This document shows positions 1 to 13,394 of a stretch of 64,000 nucleotides of DNA, piece by piece (the stretch's first letter is position 1; every line of letters starts with the position of its first letter). The notes beneath the pieces are model-generated. The model made no database searches. It saw only the letters and a list, made by a program, of their open reading frames with translations, and was not told where the DNA came from. The position numbers and the translations under genes were made by a program. The stretch comes from Octopus vulgaris (Eukaryota). Location: positions 7,812,001-7,876,000 of the forward strand of contig OX597839.1 in assembly GCA_951406725.2 (NCBI GenBank). The letters run 5' to 3'.

Positions 1-1
1 A

Positions 2-275
2 GGAAAAGAATCAACAGATTCTCGTCCGGGCCGACCTGGGCTCTCGGAAAGGAAACCTCGCTGTTTGAAGAAAATTGTGGAAAACGAACCCCGTTCGAAG
101 GCTTCTGACATTACAAAACAGCTAGAAGTTAGTCCAAGAACGTGTGTTACATATCTGCATAAGCTTGGGTATTATGGACGAGCAACTAGAAGAAAACCTC
201 TCCTTCAACTGATTAATATCAAATGAAAGATTTTGAAAATTAAAGGTGTCTATTTACTTCCTGCATGCCTGTGTA
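2..275 (+). mobile_element. Tc1-like transposase fragment (HTH/GRPR region), internally deleted, with a possible right TIR
   Basis: Frame from nt 2 reads GKESTDSRPGRPGLSERKPRCLKKIVENEPRSKASDITKQLEVSPRTCVTYLHKLGYYGRATRRKPLL*, matching the Tc1 GRP and VSxRT..L...G..GR..RRKPLL motifs. It is followed by ggtgtctatttacttcctgcatgcctg and TA. Confidence 0.75.
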
Positions 276-338
276 TATATAGACAATTCGAGGATGTTAG
301 ATCCACATTAAGGATTATATAATCCCCAAAATTCCACT

Positions 339-368
<30 letters not shown>

Positions 369-369
<1 letters not shown>

Positions 370-626
370 CTCTTACTCTTTACTCTTTTACTTGTTTCAG
401 TCATTTGACTGTGGCCATGCTGAAGCACCGCCTTTAATCGAGCAAATCGACCCCAGGACTTATTCTTTGTAAGCCTAGTACTTATTCTATCTGTCTCTTT
501 TGCCGAACCGCTAAGTTATGGGGACGTAAGCACACCACCATCTGTTGTCAAGCGATGTTGGGGGGACAAACACAACACACAAACACACACACACATACAT
601 ACATATATATATATACATATATACGC

Positions 627-657
<31 letters not shown>

Positions 658-800
658 TACGACGGGCTTCTTTCAGTTTCCGTCTACCAAATCCACTCAC
701 AAGGCTTTGGTCAGCCCGAGGCTATAGCAGAAGACACTTGCCCAAGGTGCCATCATGTTGTTCGTAAGCAAGCTACTTACCACAAAGCCACTCCTACGCC
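369..800 (-). mobile_element. tRNA-derived CORE-type SINE (family A) with internal TA/CA microsatellite
   Basis: Reverse complement of the family head ggcgcaggagtggctgtgtggtaag, CORE-like ccttgggcaagtg, and tail tgactgaaacaagtaaaagagta; many copies in the window. Confidence 0.9.
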
Positions 801-1447
801 TATATATATATAAGACGGGCTTCTTTCAGTTTCTGTCTACTAAATCCTTCTATGAACCCGAAGTAGGCTCTAGGCTATGACAGAAGTCACTTGTGCCAAA
901 ATTTAAAATCAATATTGTGACCTTTTTAAAAATTGATTTGCACTTTTAGGCTGACCTTTCCGAGATAATTTCAAAGTCTTCCATCGTCTATACGAGCATT
1001 GATTGCCTAGATTTAAAACCCCTAAAATCGATCCCTCCCATCGTCTGCCCTCCCGTTCAAAGGTTAACTGATACTGAATGTAGTTATTGGTGAGGTAGGT
1101 CGATATTTCTCCTGTAGTCATCAATCATATAGTAACGTGATGGATGGCGAAGCGACGGAGACTGAAAGAAGACAATGTGTGCGTATGTGTGCGCGCGGGA
1201 GCGCCGACGTCCATAATTACGTGTGTGTCTCCAGCATGACAGCAGCGCCATTGCTACTACGAATAAAAGGATAAAAGAATGAAGGAATACAGAATCAGTC
1301 TTTAAGATTGCTTCTTGTGGCTATGAGCTGTTTTAACACTAATTTCTTGCAATGTTTGTGCTGACTGGCAGCCTCGGTCATTTTAGTGACGTATATATAT
1401 ATGTTGTCATAATAAAACTCAGAGTTTCCGCATCCGAAACTCTGAGA

Positions 1448-1515
<68 letters not shown>

Positions 1516-1518
<3 letters not shown>

Positions 1519-1887
1519 GTTTGACTTTTGCTTTATATTTATACAAGTTGGCTCCAAGTCTCACCCAGAGACCTCAAGAGACAACAGGTTGGAAGTTCAT
1601 GTTGTTGTTATGCCTAGTGTGCCATATATTTGGGGGGGGGGTGTTGTACTATTGAATGTCTAAAAAAGAAAAAAAAAATTTTTTTTTTTTAAAACCGAAA
1701 ATTATGTTTGTTTTAAACCTTGAGATTACATAGAAAGTATTTTGCGTAGGATATGAGCAGTTCCCATGAGCACTATCTTTTGAATTTCTGCCATTTTGGG
1801 GTTTCCTGGTATCTGAGTTAGGTAGCTATCAGCCCCTTTTGCTATCATTCACAGGGCACCTATGACAACAGGCATTGTTTTAGTCTT
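1516..1887 (-). mobile_element. 3' end of an R4/Dong-like non-LTR retrotransposon inserted in (TAA)n
   Basis: Minus strand encodes KTKTMPVVIGAL..MIAKG..YLTQIPGNPKMAEIQKIVLMGTAHILRK (RLE C-terminus). Flanked by (TTA)n on both sides; homologous to 37379-37861. Confidence 0.8.
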
Positions 1888-2015
1888 TATTATTGTTATT
1901 ATTATTATTATTATTATTACTATTTTTATTATTTTTATAATTATTTTTATCATTATTATTATTATTATTATTTTTATCATTAGTATCATTATCATTATTA
2001 TTATTATTATCATTT

Positions 2016-2046
<31 letters not shown>

Positions 2047-2059
2047 ATACATATTTCAT

Positions 2060-2307
2060 TTATGCGCCCTTTTCAAGCCTAGGCAGGCTCATGGGTCCGG
2101 TTTCCCAGTTTCTATGGCGTATGTGTTCCTCCCCCCCCAGGTGGACTGGATGCCAGTCCATCGCAGCATTACTCAAGCGTTGGGGCCTTGTGGTTCTTTA
2201 GGTGTTTTGGCTCAGTAAACACACACAACGCCCGGTCTGGGAATCGAAACAGCGATCCTCCGACCGCGAGTCCGCTATCCTAACCGCTGGCCCCGTTGCG
2301 CCTCCAC
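2060..2307 (-). mobile_element. tRNA-derived SINE (family C head, tail X)
   Basis: Reverse complement of gtggaggcgc..gcggttagg..gcggactcgcggtcggaggatcgctgtttcgattcccagaccgggc plus the shared tail. Confidence 0.8.
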
Positions 2308-2400
2308 ACACGCACACACATACACACACATATATATATATGTGTGTGTGTGTGTGTATGTGTGTAAATATATATATATATATATGTATGTATGTATATA

Positions 2401-2496
<96 letters not shown>

Positions 2497-2593
2497 TATG
2501 TAGGTCCCGGGTTGATTCGGGGTTAACCACAGTAAATAAGGTACTCAATACATAGCAGAGTAAAATTAATTTATTATATAGAAGGAGCTTCTA

Positions 2594-2626
<33 letters not shown>

Positions 2627-2890
2627 GGGTGTGTGTGCATGTATGTGTGTATGTATATGTGTGTGTGTTGAGAATTTCCTTATTTACCTAAAACTCTATT
2701 CTTCTATATATTTTTGTATTTTATTCTTTTTTTATTCTTTTATTTATTCTTCTATCTAATTTACCACTGACTCCTTGACCACTCCCCCAAGTATGATTTT
2801 TTTGCGCTATGCCTACCCCCAAAAAGTCCCCCACCACCACCCCTATAAACCTGCCTAAATGTATAAATGCCAATACAATTCTTGTTAACT

Positions 2891-2941
2891 AGCTTCCTGA
2901 AGATTTCTCTTGAATGAAACAGTTCTAGTCCTGTAGAAGCT
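2891..2941 (+). ncRNA. Type I hammerhead ribozyme motif in a Penelope-like repeat
   Basis: agcttc-CTGAAGA-tttctcttgaat-GAAAC-ag..ct-GTA-gaagct: perfect 6-bp stem I, 4-bp stem III, GUA cleavage triplet. Confidence 0.75.
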
Positions 2942-2946
2942 CCTTC

Positions 2947-3357
<411 letters not shown>

Positions 3358-3366
3358 ATATATATA

Positions 3367-3519
3367 GTAACAGTAATAATAAAATAGGAGTTGGAACGTT
3401 TAATAGACTTTATTGGGCACAACACGTTTCAACTCATTCTGGATCTCTTCAGGTAGCGATTTCTTGATTCGGCTTACGTACCGCTATATGTCGATCTCCT
3501 ATTTTATTAACGCTGTTAC
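3367..3519 (-). mobile_element. Short element with 24-bp inverted termini and a degenerate hammerhead motif
   Basis: gtaacagtaataataaaataggag (3367) and ctcctattttattaacgctgttac (3496) are inverted repeats. The minus strand between them has CTGAAGA..GAAAC-gt-GTT, then AATAAA. Confidence 0.5.
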
Positions 3520-4066
3520 CCAGACCGCGACTACGAAGTCCCTGCAGTAAATCTACGGTTAAAAACAGGTAGTCGGAATTGTGCTGGTGCTTTACTCATC
3601 ATCCATTTATACATTTTGTACAATTTCTCCATCATATATATAGCCATGAAATGATCGTAGTGTTTTACTCATTATCTTTTATTAAACTTTTAATACTTTT
3701 GATATATATTTAAAATAATATAAATTAATTAATTTTATGCATTGGCTTAAGTTTTTCATTGTTTGATTTGCCTAATAGTGGTTTTATCTCTAATTTAATA
3801 TATATATATATATACATATAATATTATTATTATTTTAGGGAATAAAATTCAAACTTACAAGGAAAAAAATTCAATTTAGATATACTAAATCAAATTTCAT
3901 ACAATATAATATATGTATAAAAAATTAGAAAAAAACACCTTTTATCAATTCAAAATGAACAATTAAATTACACCATCTAGAAAATACATATGATAGAAAA
4001 ATTAAAATTAAAATAACAATAAAATGTCAAAGATTAAGTAAATTGCAAAAAATAATAATAAAAACG

Positions 4067-4195
<129 letters not shown>

Positions 4196-4781
4196 AACAT
4201 CCAGTTGTAAACTGCGAATTATACTCACTTCTCATAGCGTGTTATATAACGGAGTAGATAAACACATAAGCACAGAATCTTATCAATACACTTCTCCTCA
4301 CAAACAAGCATATGTAACTATAGGCCCAATTGCTGACATCAGTATCTACACACATCCACACATATTTTCTAGCAAAGTCAAACATATCATGTTACACGCT
4401 GACACACCGACACACACATATTTGAGTATTTGAGGTTGCGCAAGCTTATAAATATATAGACTCATATCCATTCATATATGCAAACAAAGAATATTATCCA
4501 AATATGCTTGTTTTTGTTATGATAAAGCATGCGCAATATGATATTACGTATGACGTGTTCCTTAGACACAGGAATTCACATAATTGCATATAATATGTCA
4601 ATATAAATTGTCACAGTGAGTTATATAATGGGGCGAGAAACACATACATACATACATACATACATACATACATACATACATACATACATACATACATACT
4701 CTCCTATTTGTTTTTGCTGATAAAATGAGAGGTTCCACACATATTCTATATATTCAAATTTTTCTCTTTTAAATTTAGACA

Positions 4782-4821
<40 letters not shown>

Positions 4822-5093
4822 AGATTTGGAGATGATGTACAGGTATTATATATTAGAAGAAATGAGGTAATCAGAAGATCGGATGGTTCATAGTTACAGA
4901 TATTTATTTATATATTACATTTTTTACATATATATCATATCATTCAGATCATTAGCGCTTTCTCCCATTCTAGTGGGGATTTCAAATCAAAATAATTCCT
5001 TTGTGGGGAATTTTAATTATTTTATAGAGTTTCGTAGTGGTGGGGAGGAACAAGACAGCACAAGAGGGTGAAGTGGATATATATGTATGCTGC

Positions 5094-5205
5094 GTGGAGG
5101 CGCAATGGCCCAGTGGTTAGGGTAGCGGACTCGCGGTCGGAGAATCGCGGGTTTCGAGTCCCGGACCGGGCGTTTTTTGAGCGTGTTTATTGAGTATTAA
5201 AACCA
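5094..5205 (+). mobile_element. SINE family C tRNA-like head
   Basis: gtggaggcgcaatggcccagtggttagggtagcggactcgcggtc. Confidence 0.75.
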
Positions 5206-6179
5206 AACCTAATATTCTCAGACAAAAGTGTGCACCGATATCCCCACCACCATCACCACCACTAAAACCGCCACCACCACCATCACCACCACCTACGGGA
5301 CGCCTGTATGAGTATATACGTGGCGGTATGACCATGCGCGATTTTATGCGTGTGTATATAGATATATATGTGCGCATTTGTGAGTGTGTATGTGTGAGTG
5401 TGTATGTGTGTGTGTGTGTGTATGTGTGTGTGTGTATGTGTGTGAGTGGGCGTTGGCGCATATGTATCTCATACCCTCTGTACCCATGCTACCTGATTAG
5501 TCGTGTGTTGAAACGTTATGCCTTTTTCTCCCATCATATTTATTTGGCAAATATGCTAAGAAATATAATTCTAACGTCTTCACGATGGAGTATTTCAATT
5601 TTTGTTACCTCTATGTTGTTCTACGTTTCTCTGTTTCGGTTAATTTGGTTTGTAAAAAAATATCTTGTACATGACCACATAGATGGAGGTCTATGTTCAA
5701 CTCATTTCGAAAGTTGGCTCCATACGCTACTTACTATTATCATTATATATATGTTTATTTATTTATTTATTTATCATTATTATTATTATTATTATTTTTT
5801 TTTTAGTATAGGTTCGATTTTCAACTGAAGTTTCTCTTCTGCAAAAAAAAGTGTTGTTAGAAGCTAAACATTTGGCAACAATGATTAAGAAAAAAAAACC
5901 CCTAGATTAAGCAATTTCAGTACACACGCGCGCACGCACGCACGTACACACACACACGCCCGCGCGGGTTCACACAAAAGCAAGTATATATATCAGTAAA
6001 TAGGAATTATGGCAGTATATGTGCGCGTTTGTATGTCTGTGTTGCGTACATTTACTATACACACGCACACACACTCACACACACAAACACATATTCATCA
6101 GTCTAACTAGTTATCCATCTGTCTGCATATACGTATTTACGTATACATACATACATACATACATACATACCTACATATA

Positions 6180-6242
<63 letters not shown>

Positions 6243-6357
6243 GTATATATATATATATACACACACACATATATATATATATGTAAGTATGTATAAATTG
6301 TGTGTGCCTGTCTATATGTCTGTCTGTATATATGTAGGTATGTATGTATGTATGTAT

Positions 6358-6434
<77 letters not shown>

Positions 6435-6750
6435 GTTAGGGTTGTGTTATTTTTTCCAAGTGTCGTAATTCATGAATTTCAAGTTTTTGGGTCGTTCGAT
6501 TTCACGCTAACCTGGCCACTGTTATTTTACGTCACTCTGTATCCGCGTTAATGTATCAGGGTTCACTTAATATGGGCAACACGATCATTAACAACAATTA
6601 CATCTAGAAAACATGTAGGCAGTTGTCCAAGTGGTTTGAAATAGCAGCTAAATGTCGTTCACATCACACATACTTAATGGACAATAGGCGATTTGTTGAT
6701 GTACTGACAAGGTTGCCCACGGCTAGAAATCTTTTGGTCAGAGGTCTACT

Positions 6751-6985
6751 AGGCGAGCTGGCAGAAACATTAGCACGCCGGGCGAAATTCTTAGCGGTAT
6801 TTCATCTGCCGTTACGTTCTGATTTCAAATTCCGCCGAGGTCGACTTTGCTCTTCATCCTTTCGGGGTCGATAAATTAAGTACCAATTACGCACTAGGGT
6901 CGATGTAATCGACTTAATACCTATGTCTGTCCTTGTTTGTCCTATCTGTGTTTAGTCCCTTATGGGTAGTAAAGAAATAGAAATA
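6751..6985 (+). mobile_element. tRNA-derived SINE family B (Nin/Deu-like central domain) with 15-bp TSD
   Basis: ggcgagctggcagaaac..gatttcaaattcc..tcatcctttcggggtcgataaattaagtacc..aaagaaatagaaata. TSD ggtcagaggtctact at 6736-6750 and 6986-7000. Confidence 0.9.
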
Positions 6986-7329
6986 GGTCAGAGGTCTACT
7001 TGACAAGAAGTAGTGTAATCTAAAACTATACACTAGTCAAAGCAACACTAGTAACGCTCCCAATATCAGCAAGAACGATAATTGAAACGCTGCGTGTGTA
7101 TGTGTGTGGATATTTCTCGGAAAGGTTACAAGGGTTATCTTCCCCCCACCCACCCCCAAAATAAACCTACCTATTTCATAAGTATCTCATGTTGTGGAGT
7201 TTACCGGATTTTTGAAAAATGACTAACAAAGCAGTCAAATTATTTCTTCAGAAACAATTTCCAACATAGATTTCCAAAAGTGAAGATAAACCAAATGGTG
7301 TATCCTTCATGTTGGAAATGTATATGGTC

Positions 7330-7420
7330 ATCTACACCTGAAGAGAGCGTTTTCTTTTAAACTGATGTAATGTTTTCATTGATCGATGAAATGAAGCCGC
7401 TCGAAACGGCCGTAATAGAT
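7330..7420 (+). ncRNA. Hammerhead ribozyme motif with extended stem II
   Basis: CTGAAGA (7338)-gagcg...cgctc-GAAAC-ggcc-GTA, with imperfect stem I (atcta/tagat) and palindromic stem-loop III ACGGCCGT. Confidence 0.65.
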
Positions 7421-8412
7421 TGATACCTGGTCATCCTTGTTACTTGTTTACATATTATATCTATATATATATATATTAGAAGATTTGGAGATGATGTACA
7501 GGTATTTTATATTAGAAGAAATGAGGTACTCAGAAATTCGGATGATATATGATATAAGTTATAAGATATATAAAAACATATAATATACAAATAAGTATCT
7601 GTAAATATAAAACCATCCGAATTGCGGATTTGTATAAAGGACACACACACACACATTTTGCCGTTTATATATATACAGATTCTTTAATACTGAGTGTTTT
7701 ATTGATATCAGCCATTTTTCCTTCTAACTACACACACACACACAGACACACACAAACACACACACATTACTTATATGCACGCACGCACACACACAGACTC
7801 ATCTGTATACAAGGAAACCATCTTGAACAATATCATGTGCAATTTATAACATCAATTATAATAGTTATTTTCCATAGGCGTTATTGTTACCACTTTTCAA
7901 ACAGGGTTATAGAAGCTTTATATATGTTATATATTTTCTCAAACTGCGATTTATAATACTGGGATTATAAGAGATGTATGTGAGATTGTAGTATATAATT
8001 TAACGTTGACATATTTAAAACATGACGGATGACAATGCTATCTCGTCGGAATGATTAGAAATATTAATATATGTGGAAAACTACATAAGTATAAGTACAT
8101 TGGACAAAATAGATATATATATATATATTAATAGATGTATAATTAGAAAACTCTGACAAAGAGGTTTGCGTGAATCTAGACACCCTGCTGAGTTTCAGCT
8201 GTTCTTGTATGTTGATGTAGTTTGGGTGAGTGAGGCAGCCAGAAGAGATATCTAGACATCTGGAGCGATAGACGTGGAGGGAAAAATATATAAGGAATTT
8301 GAAACGCGAGAAAGAGAAAACATGATTTACAAAGCACGTACAGATATCAGTCAAGAATACATTCACACACACACACAGACACACACACACACACACACAG
8401 ACATACACACAT

Positions 8413-8456
<44 letters not shown>

Positions 8457-8491
8457 ACGTTCGTACGTACATACGGGCATACTTACATACA

Positions 8492-8680
8492 TACGTGGTC
8501 TGATCAATAAGTATCCGGACTGTTGCCATAGTAACGGAGTTGAAGCACGCAGAGCGAAGCCGCTTGGCACAGATTATCCTTGAATATTGCTGTGCATGTG
8601 CATTAAGTTTTAACGTTCTGGCTCCTTTCTGCTGTTTACAGCAATGCTTGGAAGGAAGGTGTGTAGCGTGCGGTCGCCGT
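8492..8680 (+). mobile_element. Mariner-type transposon 5' end (TIR-like)
   Basis: TA-cgtggtctgatcaataagtatccggact resembles mariner TIRs; no partner TIR seen. Confidence 0.55.
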
Positions 8681-8744
8681 ATATACATACATACATACAT
8701 ACATACATACATACATACATACATACATACATACATACATACAT

Positions 8745-8985
8745 GGCATATAGGTTCCCCATTTGGACGGGACGCTGGTCCGTCGCAGGTGAGCTGCAAG
8801 ATGCAGGAGGAAAGAGTGAGAGAAAGTTGTAGCGAAAGAGTCAGCAGAAGTTTCGCCATTACCTTCTGCCGGAGCCGCATGGAACTTAGGTGTTTCGCTC
8901 ATAAACACACACATCGGTCTGAGATTCGAACCCACGATCCCTCGACCGCGAGTCCGCTGCTCTAACCACTAGGCCATGTGCCTGC
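8745..8985 (-). mobile_element. SINE family C
   Basis: Reverse complement of the family C body and head. Confidence 0.85.
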
Positions 8986-9154
8986 ACTACTTGTGCATGT
9001 GTGTGTGCATGTGCGGTGTGTGTGTGTGTGTGTGTGTGTGTTTGTGTGTGATTCGATTTGTAATTGGATTTCTATCTACATAAAAAACTATAAGTAATGT
9101 CATGTAAATATTGGGTCTTTCAACACAATATTTACATTTTAATACTTGTAGCTT

Positions 9155-9310
9155 CACGTCCTGAGTTCAAATTCCGCCGAGGTCGACTTTAACATTCATC
9201 GTTTCGGGGTCGATAGAGTATGCACCAGTTGATTAATGAGATTGATGTAATCGATGAGTCTTTCTCCCCCAAATTTCAGGCCTTGTGCCTATAATAGAAA
9301 GGATTATTTA
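9155..9310 (+). mobile_element. SINE family B, 5'-truncated, alternative tail ending gaaaggattatt
   Basis: gagttcaaattccgccgaggtcgac..ttcggggtcgata..tttcaggccttgtgcctataatagaaaggattatt. Confidence 0.75.
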
Positions 9311-9434
9311 TAGCGTTATACGTACATCGAGGGACAATTGAAAACAAATATTATTGTACCTCCTCTCGAAAGTTTATAAATTCTTATAACAACCACAACA
9401 CACACATACATACATACATACATACATACATACA

Positions 9435-9470
<36 letters not shown>

Positions 9471-9518
9471 TATATGTATATATATATATGTGTGTATATA
9501 TATATATATGTACATACA

Positions 9519-9915
9519 GGCGCAGGAGTGGCTGTGTGGTAAGTAGCTTGTTTACCAACCACATGGTTCCGGGTTCAGTCCCACTGCGTGGCACCTTGGG
9601 CAAGTGTCTTCTACTATAGCCTCCGGCCGACCAATGCCTTGTGAGTGGATTTGGTTGACGGAAACTGAAAGAAGCCCGTCGTATATATGTATATATATGT
9701 ATGTGTGTGTATGTTTGTGTGTCTGTGTTCGTCCCTGTAGCATTGCTTGACAACCGATGCTGGTGTGTTTATGTCCCCGTCACTTAGCGGTTCGGCAAAA
9801 GAGACCGATAGAATAAGTACTGGGCTTACAAAGAATAAGTCCCGGGGTCGAGTTGCTCGATTAAAGGCGGTGCTCCAGCGTGGCCACGGTCAAATGACTG
9901 AAACAAGTAAAAAGA
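9519..9915 (+). mobile_element. SINE family A, full length
   Basis: Head, CORE-like segment, internal microsatellite and tail all present. Confidence 0.92.
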
Positions 9916-10436
9916 AAAAATATACATACATACACACACGAGTGTGTGAAGAATAGGAAGAAAGTGGCATTTAACACGTTTGGTACGAATTTCACTTTAC
10001 TTAAAGTTTCGAGAGCTTAGGACACATACACCTGGGCCGGATTTGCAAGGGCATATCAAAGAGAATTTAATGAAATATATAATACGTTTATGAATTTGTG
10101 TTGCAAGATTCCTGATGTGAAGTCGTGTGTTGAAACAAATGTTGTATTTCGGGATGGTCATTTTTTTTTTTTCAAATAAACCCATTTTTCTCTCGTTTAT
10201 TACTGTTTTTAATCTTACTTCACGTCCATAGTCCGGAAATCTTTCGTCATCAGCGACACATCCCAAGAATGGAATAAGCAGAACAAGAGCACATACAAAG
10301 ACAGAAATTGTCGCTGAGGAGGTCACAGATATGTGACGAAAGATTTCCGGATTATAGGCATGAGTTAGAATAAGGATACTAATAAACGAGTGAAGAACGA
10401 ATTTATAGTGCGTGTGGTTATTTGGCAAAAAAAATA

Positions 10437-11263
10437 TAGGAGTGGCTGTATGGTAAGTAGCTTGCTTACGTACTACATCGTTCTGGGTTCAGTCCCACTG
10501 CGTGGCACCCTGGGCAAGTGTCTTCTACAATAGCCTCGAGCCGACCAAAGCCTTGTAAGTGGATTTGCTAGACGGAAACTGAAAGAAGCCCGTCGTATGT
10601 ATATATATATATATATGTATGTGTGTGTATATGTTTGTGTGTCTGTGTTTGTCCCCTCCCCCCAACACCGCTTGACAACCGATGCTGGTGTGTTTACGTC
10701 CCCGTAAGTTAGCGGTTCGGCAAAAGAGGCCGATAGAATAAGTAGTAGGCTTACAAAGAAGAAATCCTGGGGGTCGATGTGCTCGACTAAAGGCGATGCT
10801 CCAGCATGGCCGCAGTGAAATGACTGAAACAAGTTAAAGAGTAAAGAGTAATATATATATTAGTAGGCGCAGGAGTGGCTGTGTGGTAAGTAGCTTGTTT
10901 ACCAACCACATGGTTCCGGGTTCAGTTCCACTGCGTGGCACCTTGGGCAAGTGTCTTCTACTATAGCCTCGGGCCTCCAAAGCCCTGTGAGTGGATTTGG
11001 TAGACGGAAACTGAAAGAAGCCCGTCGTATATATGTATATATATATGAGTGTATGTGTGTCTGTGTTTGTCCCCCTAGCATTGCTTGACAACCGATGCTG
11101 GTGTGTTTATGTCCCCGTTACTTAGCGGTTCGGCTAAAGAGGCCGATAGAATAAGTACTAGGCTTACAAAGAAGAAATCCTGGGGGTCGATGTGCTCGAC
11201 TAAAGGCGGTGCTCCAGCATGGCCGCAGTCAAATGACTGAAACAAGTTAAAGAGTAAAGAGTA
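10437..11263 (+). mobile_element. Two tandem SINE family A copies (10437-10850 and 10866-11263)
   Basis: Both share diagnostic variants (gaagaaatcc, gatgtgctcg, aagttaaagagtaaagagta). Confidence 0.9.
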
Positions 11264-11276
11264 ATATATATATATA

Positions 11277-11507
11277 TATTTCTTTACTACCCACAAGGGG
11301 CTGAACACAGAGGGGACAAACAAGGACAGACAAACGGATTAAGTCGATTACATCGATCCCAGTGCGTAACTGGTACTTAATTTATCGACCCCGAAAGGAT
11401 GAAAGGCAAAGTCGACCTCGGCGGAATTTGAACTCAGAACGTAGCGGCAGACGAAATACGGCCACGCATTTCGCCCGGCGTGCTAACGTTTCTGCCAGCT
11501 GGCCGCC
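11277..11507 (-). mobile_element. SINE family B, full length
   Basis: Reverse complement of the family B consensus seen at 6751 and 59039. Confidence 0.9.
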
Positions 11508-11821
11508 TAATATATATATAACCATCCTGAAATACAACGATAAATACATGATAGTTTCTAGGTATTTAGGCCTCCGTTTAAAGCTGAGGTCATGTGCTTG
11601 TTTTCGCTGTCACAGCAGCTTTAATCATTTTATTGTGAAGTTCACATAAGGTAGAGTGGATGCTGGCGTACTTTATCAGTTTTAGTCTGGTTGGTATATG
11701 CTACAAATCCAGTCTGTAGTGGAAATATATAGTCAGTACAAGGTGTTGATGTGGCTGCGTGTATGCTGTTACAAGAGTTCATATTGAGATGGAAGAATAA
11801 ATTCAAGATTCTCTCTTTCCT

Positions 11822-12239
11822 CTTTACTCCTCTTTGACTTGTTTCAGTCATTTGACTGCGGCCATGCTGGAGCACCGCCTTTAGTCGAGCAAATCAACTC
11901 CGGGACTTATACTTTTGTAAGCCCAGTACTTATTCTATCGGTCTCTTTTGCCGAACCGCTAAGAGACGGGGACGTAAACACACCAGCATCGGTTGTCAAG
12001 CAATGCTAGGGGAACAAACACACACACACAAACACACACACATACACATATATATATATATATATATACATATATACGACAGGCTTCTTTCAGTTTCCGT
12101 CTACCAAATTCACTCACAAGGCATTGGTTGGCCCGGGGCTATAGCAGAAGGCACTTGCCCAAGATGCCACGCAGTGGGACTGAACCCGGAACCATGTGGT
12201 TGGTTAGCAAGCTACTTACCACACAGCCACTCCTGCGCC
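11822..12239 (-). mobile_element. SINE family A, full length
   Basis: Reverse complement of the family A consensus. Confidence 0.9.
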
Positions 12240-12784
12240 TATGATCTATATATTTACTACATAAAAATATATTTTATTTACTGGTCGATGATGATACACG
12301 GATCAGAATGTAGATTCTACGCAAGAAAGTTCAGAAACAGAAAATTAAAAAATATCAGCTAAGTGGTGGTTTTCAGTCATATGGTGTAGAGAAATAGACA
12401 GACATAGCAATGACGTAAATGGCTTTAAGTCTAATCGTCTAAGAAGCGAAAAGTTGGGTTAGTAAGCTGTTTTTAGTAATGGAACTCTAGACATTCTAGA
12501 AACTTCCAAGAGAAACGCTAAGCTTCTTGAATAATTAAAAATCACATCTCATGACATTAATGCTTCGAGAAGCTTAGAAAAGTAGAGGTTACTCAATGAT
12601 CTTTCTTGCAAGGGCGATCATTCAACTATCTAGCTACCGCTACAAGGCCTTAACAATGGATACTGCATACGGTAGGGTAGAGAATCAGTCATGTAGACAC
12701 CATCTGGTAAGGTGTGGGACTTAGCGACTACGGATATTACTTAGGAATGACTGATTTAAAAGCGCAAGACCAGCAGTTTTTTTA

Positions 12785-12963
12785 TGGGAGGGGCTAAGTC
12801 GATTACATCGGCCCCGTTGTTCAACTGGTACTTAATTTATCGACCCCGAGGGGATGAAAGACAAAGTCAACCCCGGCGACATTTGAGTTAAGAACGTAAA
12901 GACGGACAAAATGCCGTTAAGCATTTTGCCCGGCATGCTAACGATTCTGTCAGCCCGCCACCT
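12785..12963 (-). mobile_element. SINE family B, diverged
   Basis: ggtacttaatttatcgacccc..gatgaaag..aaagtcaacc. Confidence 0.7.
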
Positions 12964-13108
12964 TTATTATTGTTGCAAATTTACATATGTATATATATAT
13001 ATATATATACGTTTTATATATATATATGTTTTTTCTGATGTAAATTTGCTACCCAGGTATCGGTTAATTCGAATTATCCTTAATAAGATAATTCACTCAA
13101 CTACTCAA

Positions 13109-13169
<61 letters not shown>

Positions 13170-13356
13170 AATTAATAAATAAAACATATGCATATATACA
13201 TACATATATGTACGTACCTACCTCTACATGTATATATACATGCATATATGGGTACAGGACACCAAAAAAACGTCGAACACAATGAGAAACGAAAACATAA
13301 ACACAAAAACAAGGAAATGGACATTTCTTTTAAACAACGAAAAAATAGAGTACAAG

Positions 13357-13394
<38 letters not shown>

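Noticed and set aside
909-1124. 71-aa non-repetitive ORF
   Set aside because: No recognisable motif or clear splice context; possibly decayed transposon sequence.
5190-5828. 212-aa proline-rich ORF
   Set aside because: It is composed of a SINE end, (CCA)n, (TG)n and (TTA)n, with no domain signal.
12385-12643. Possible solo LTR (tgtag...ctaca with ttctaga-like motifs)
   Set aside because: No TSD, PBS/PPT or second copy is visible, so support is insufficient.
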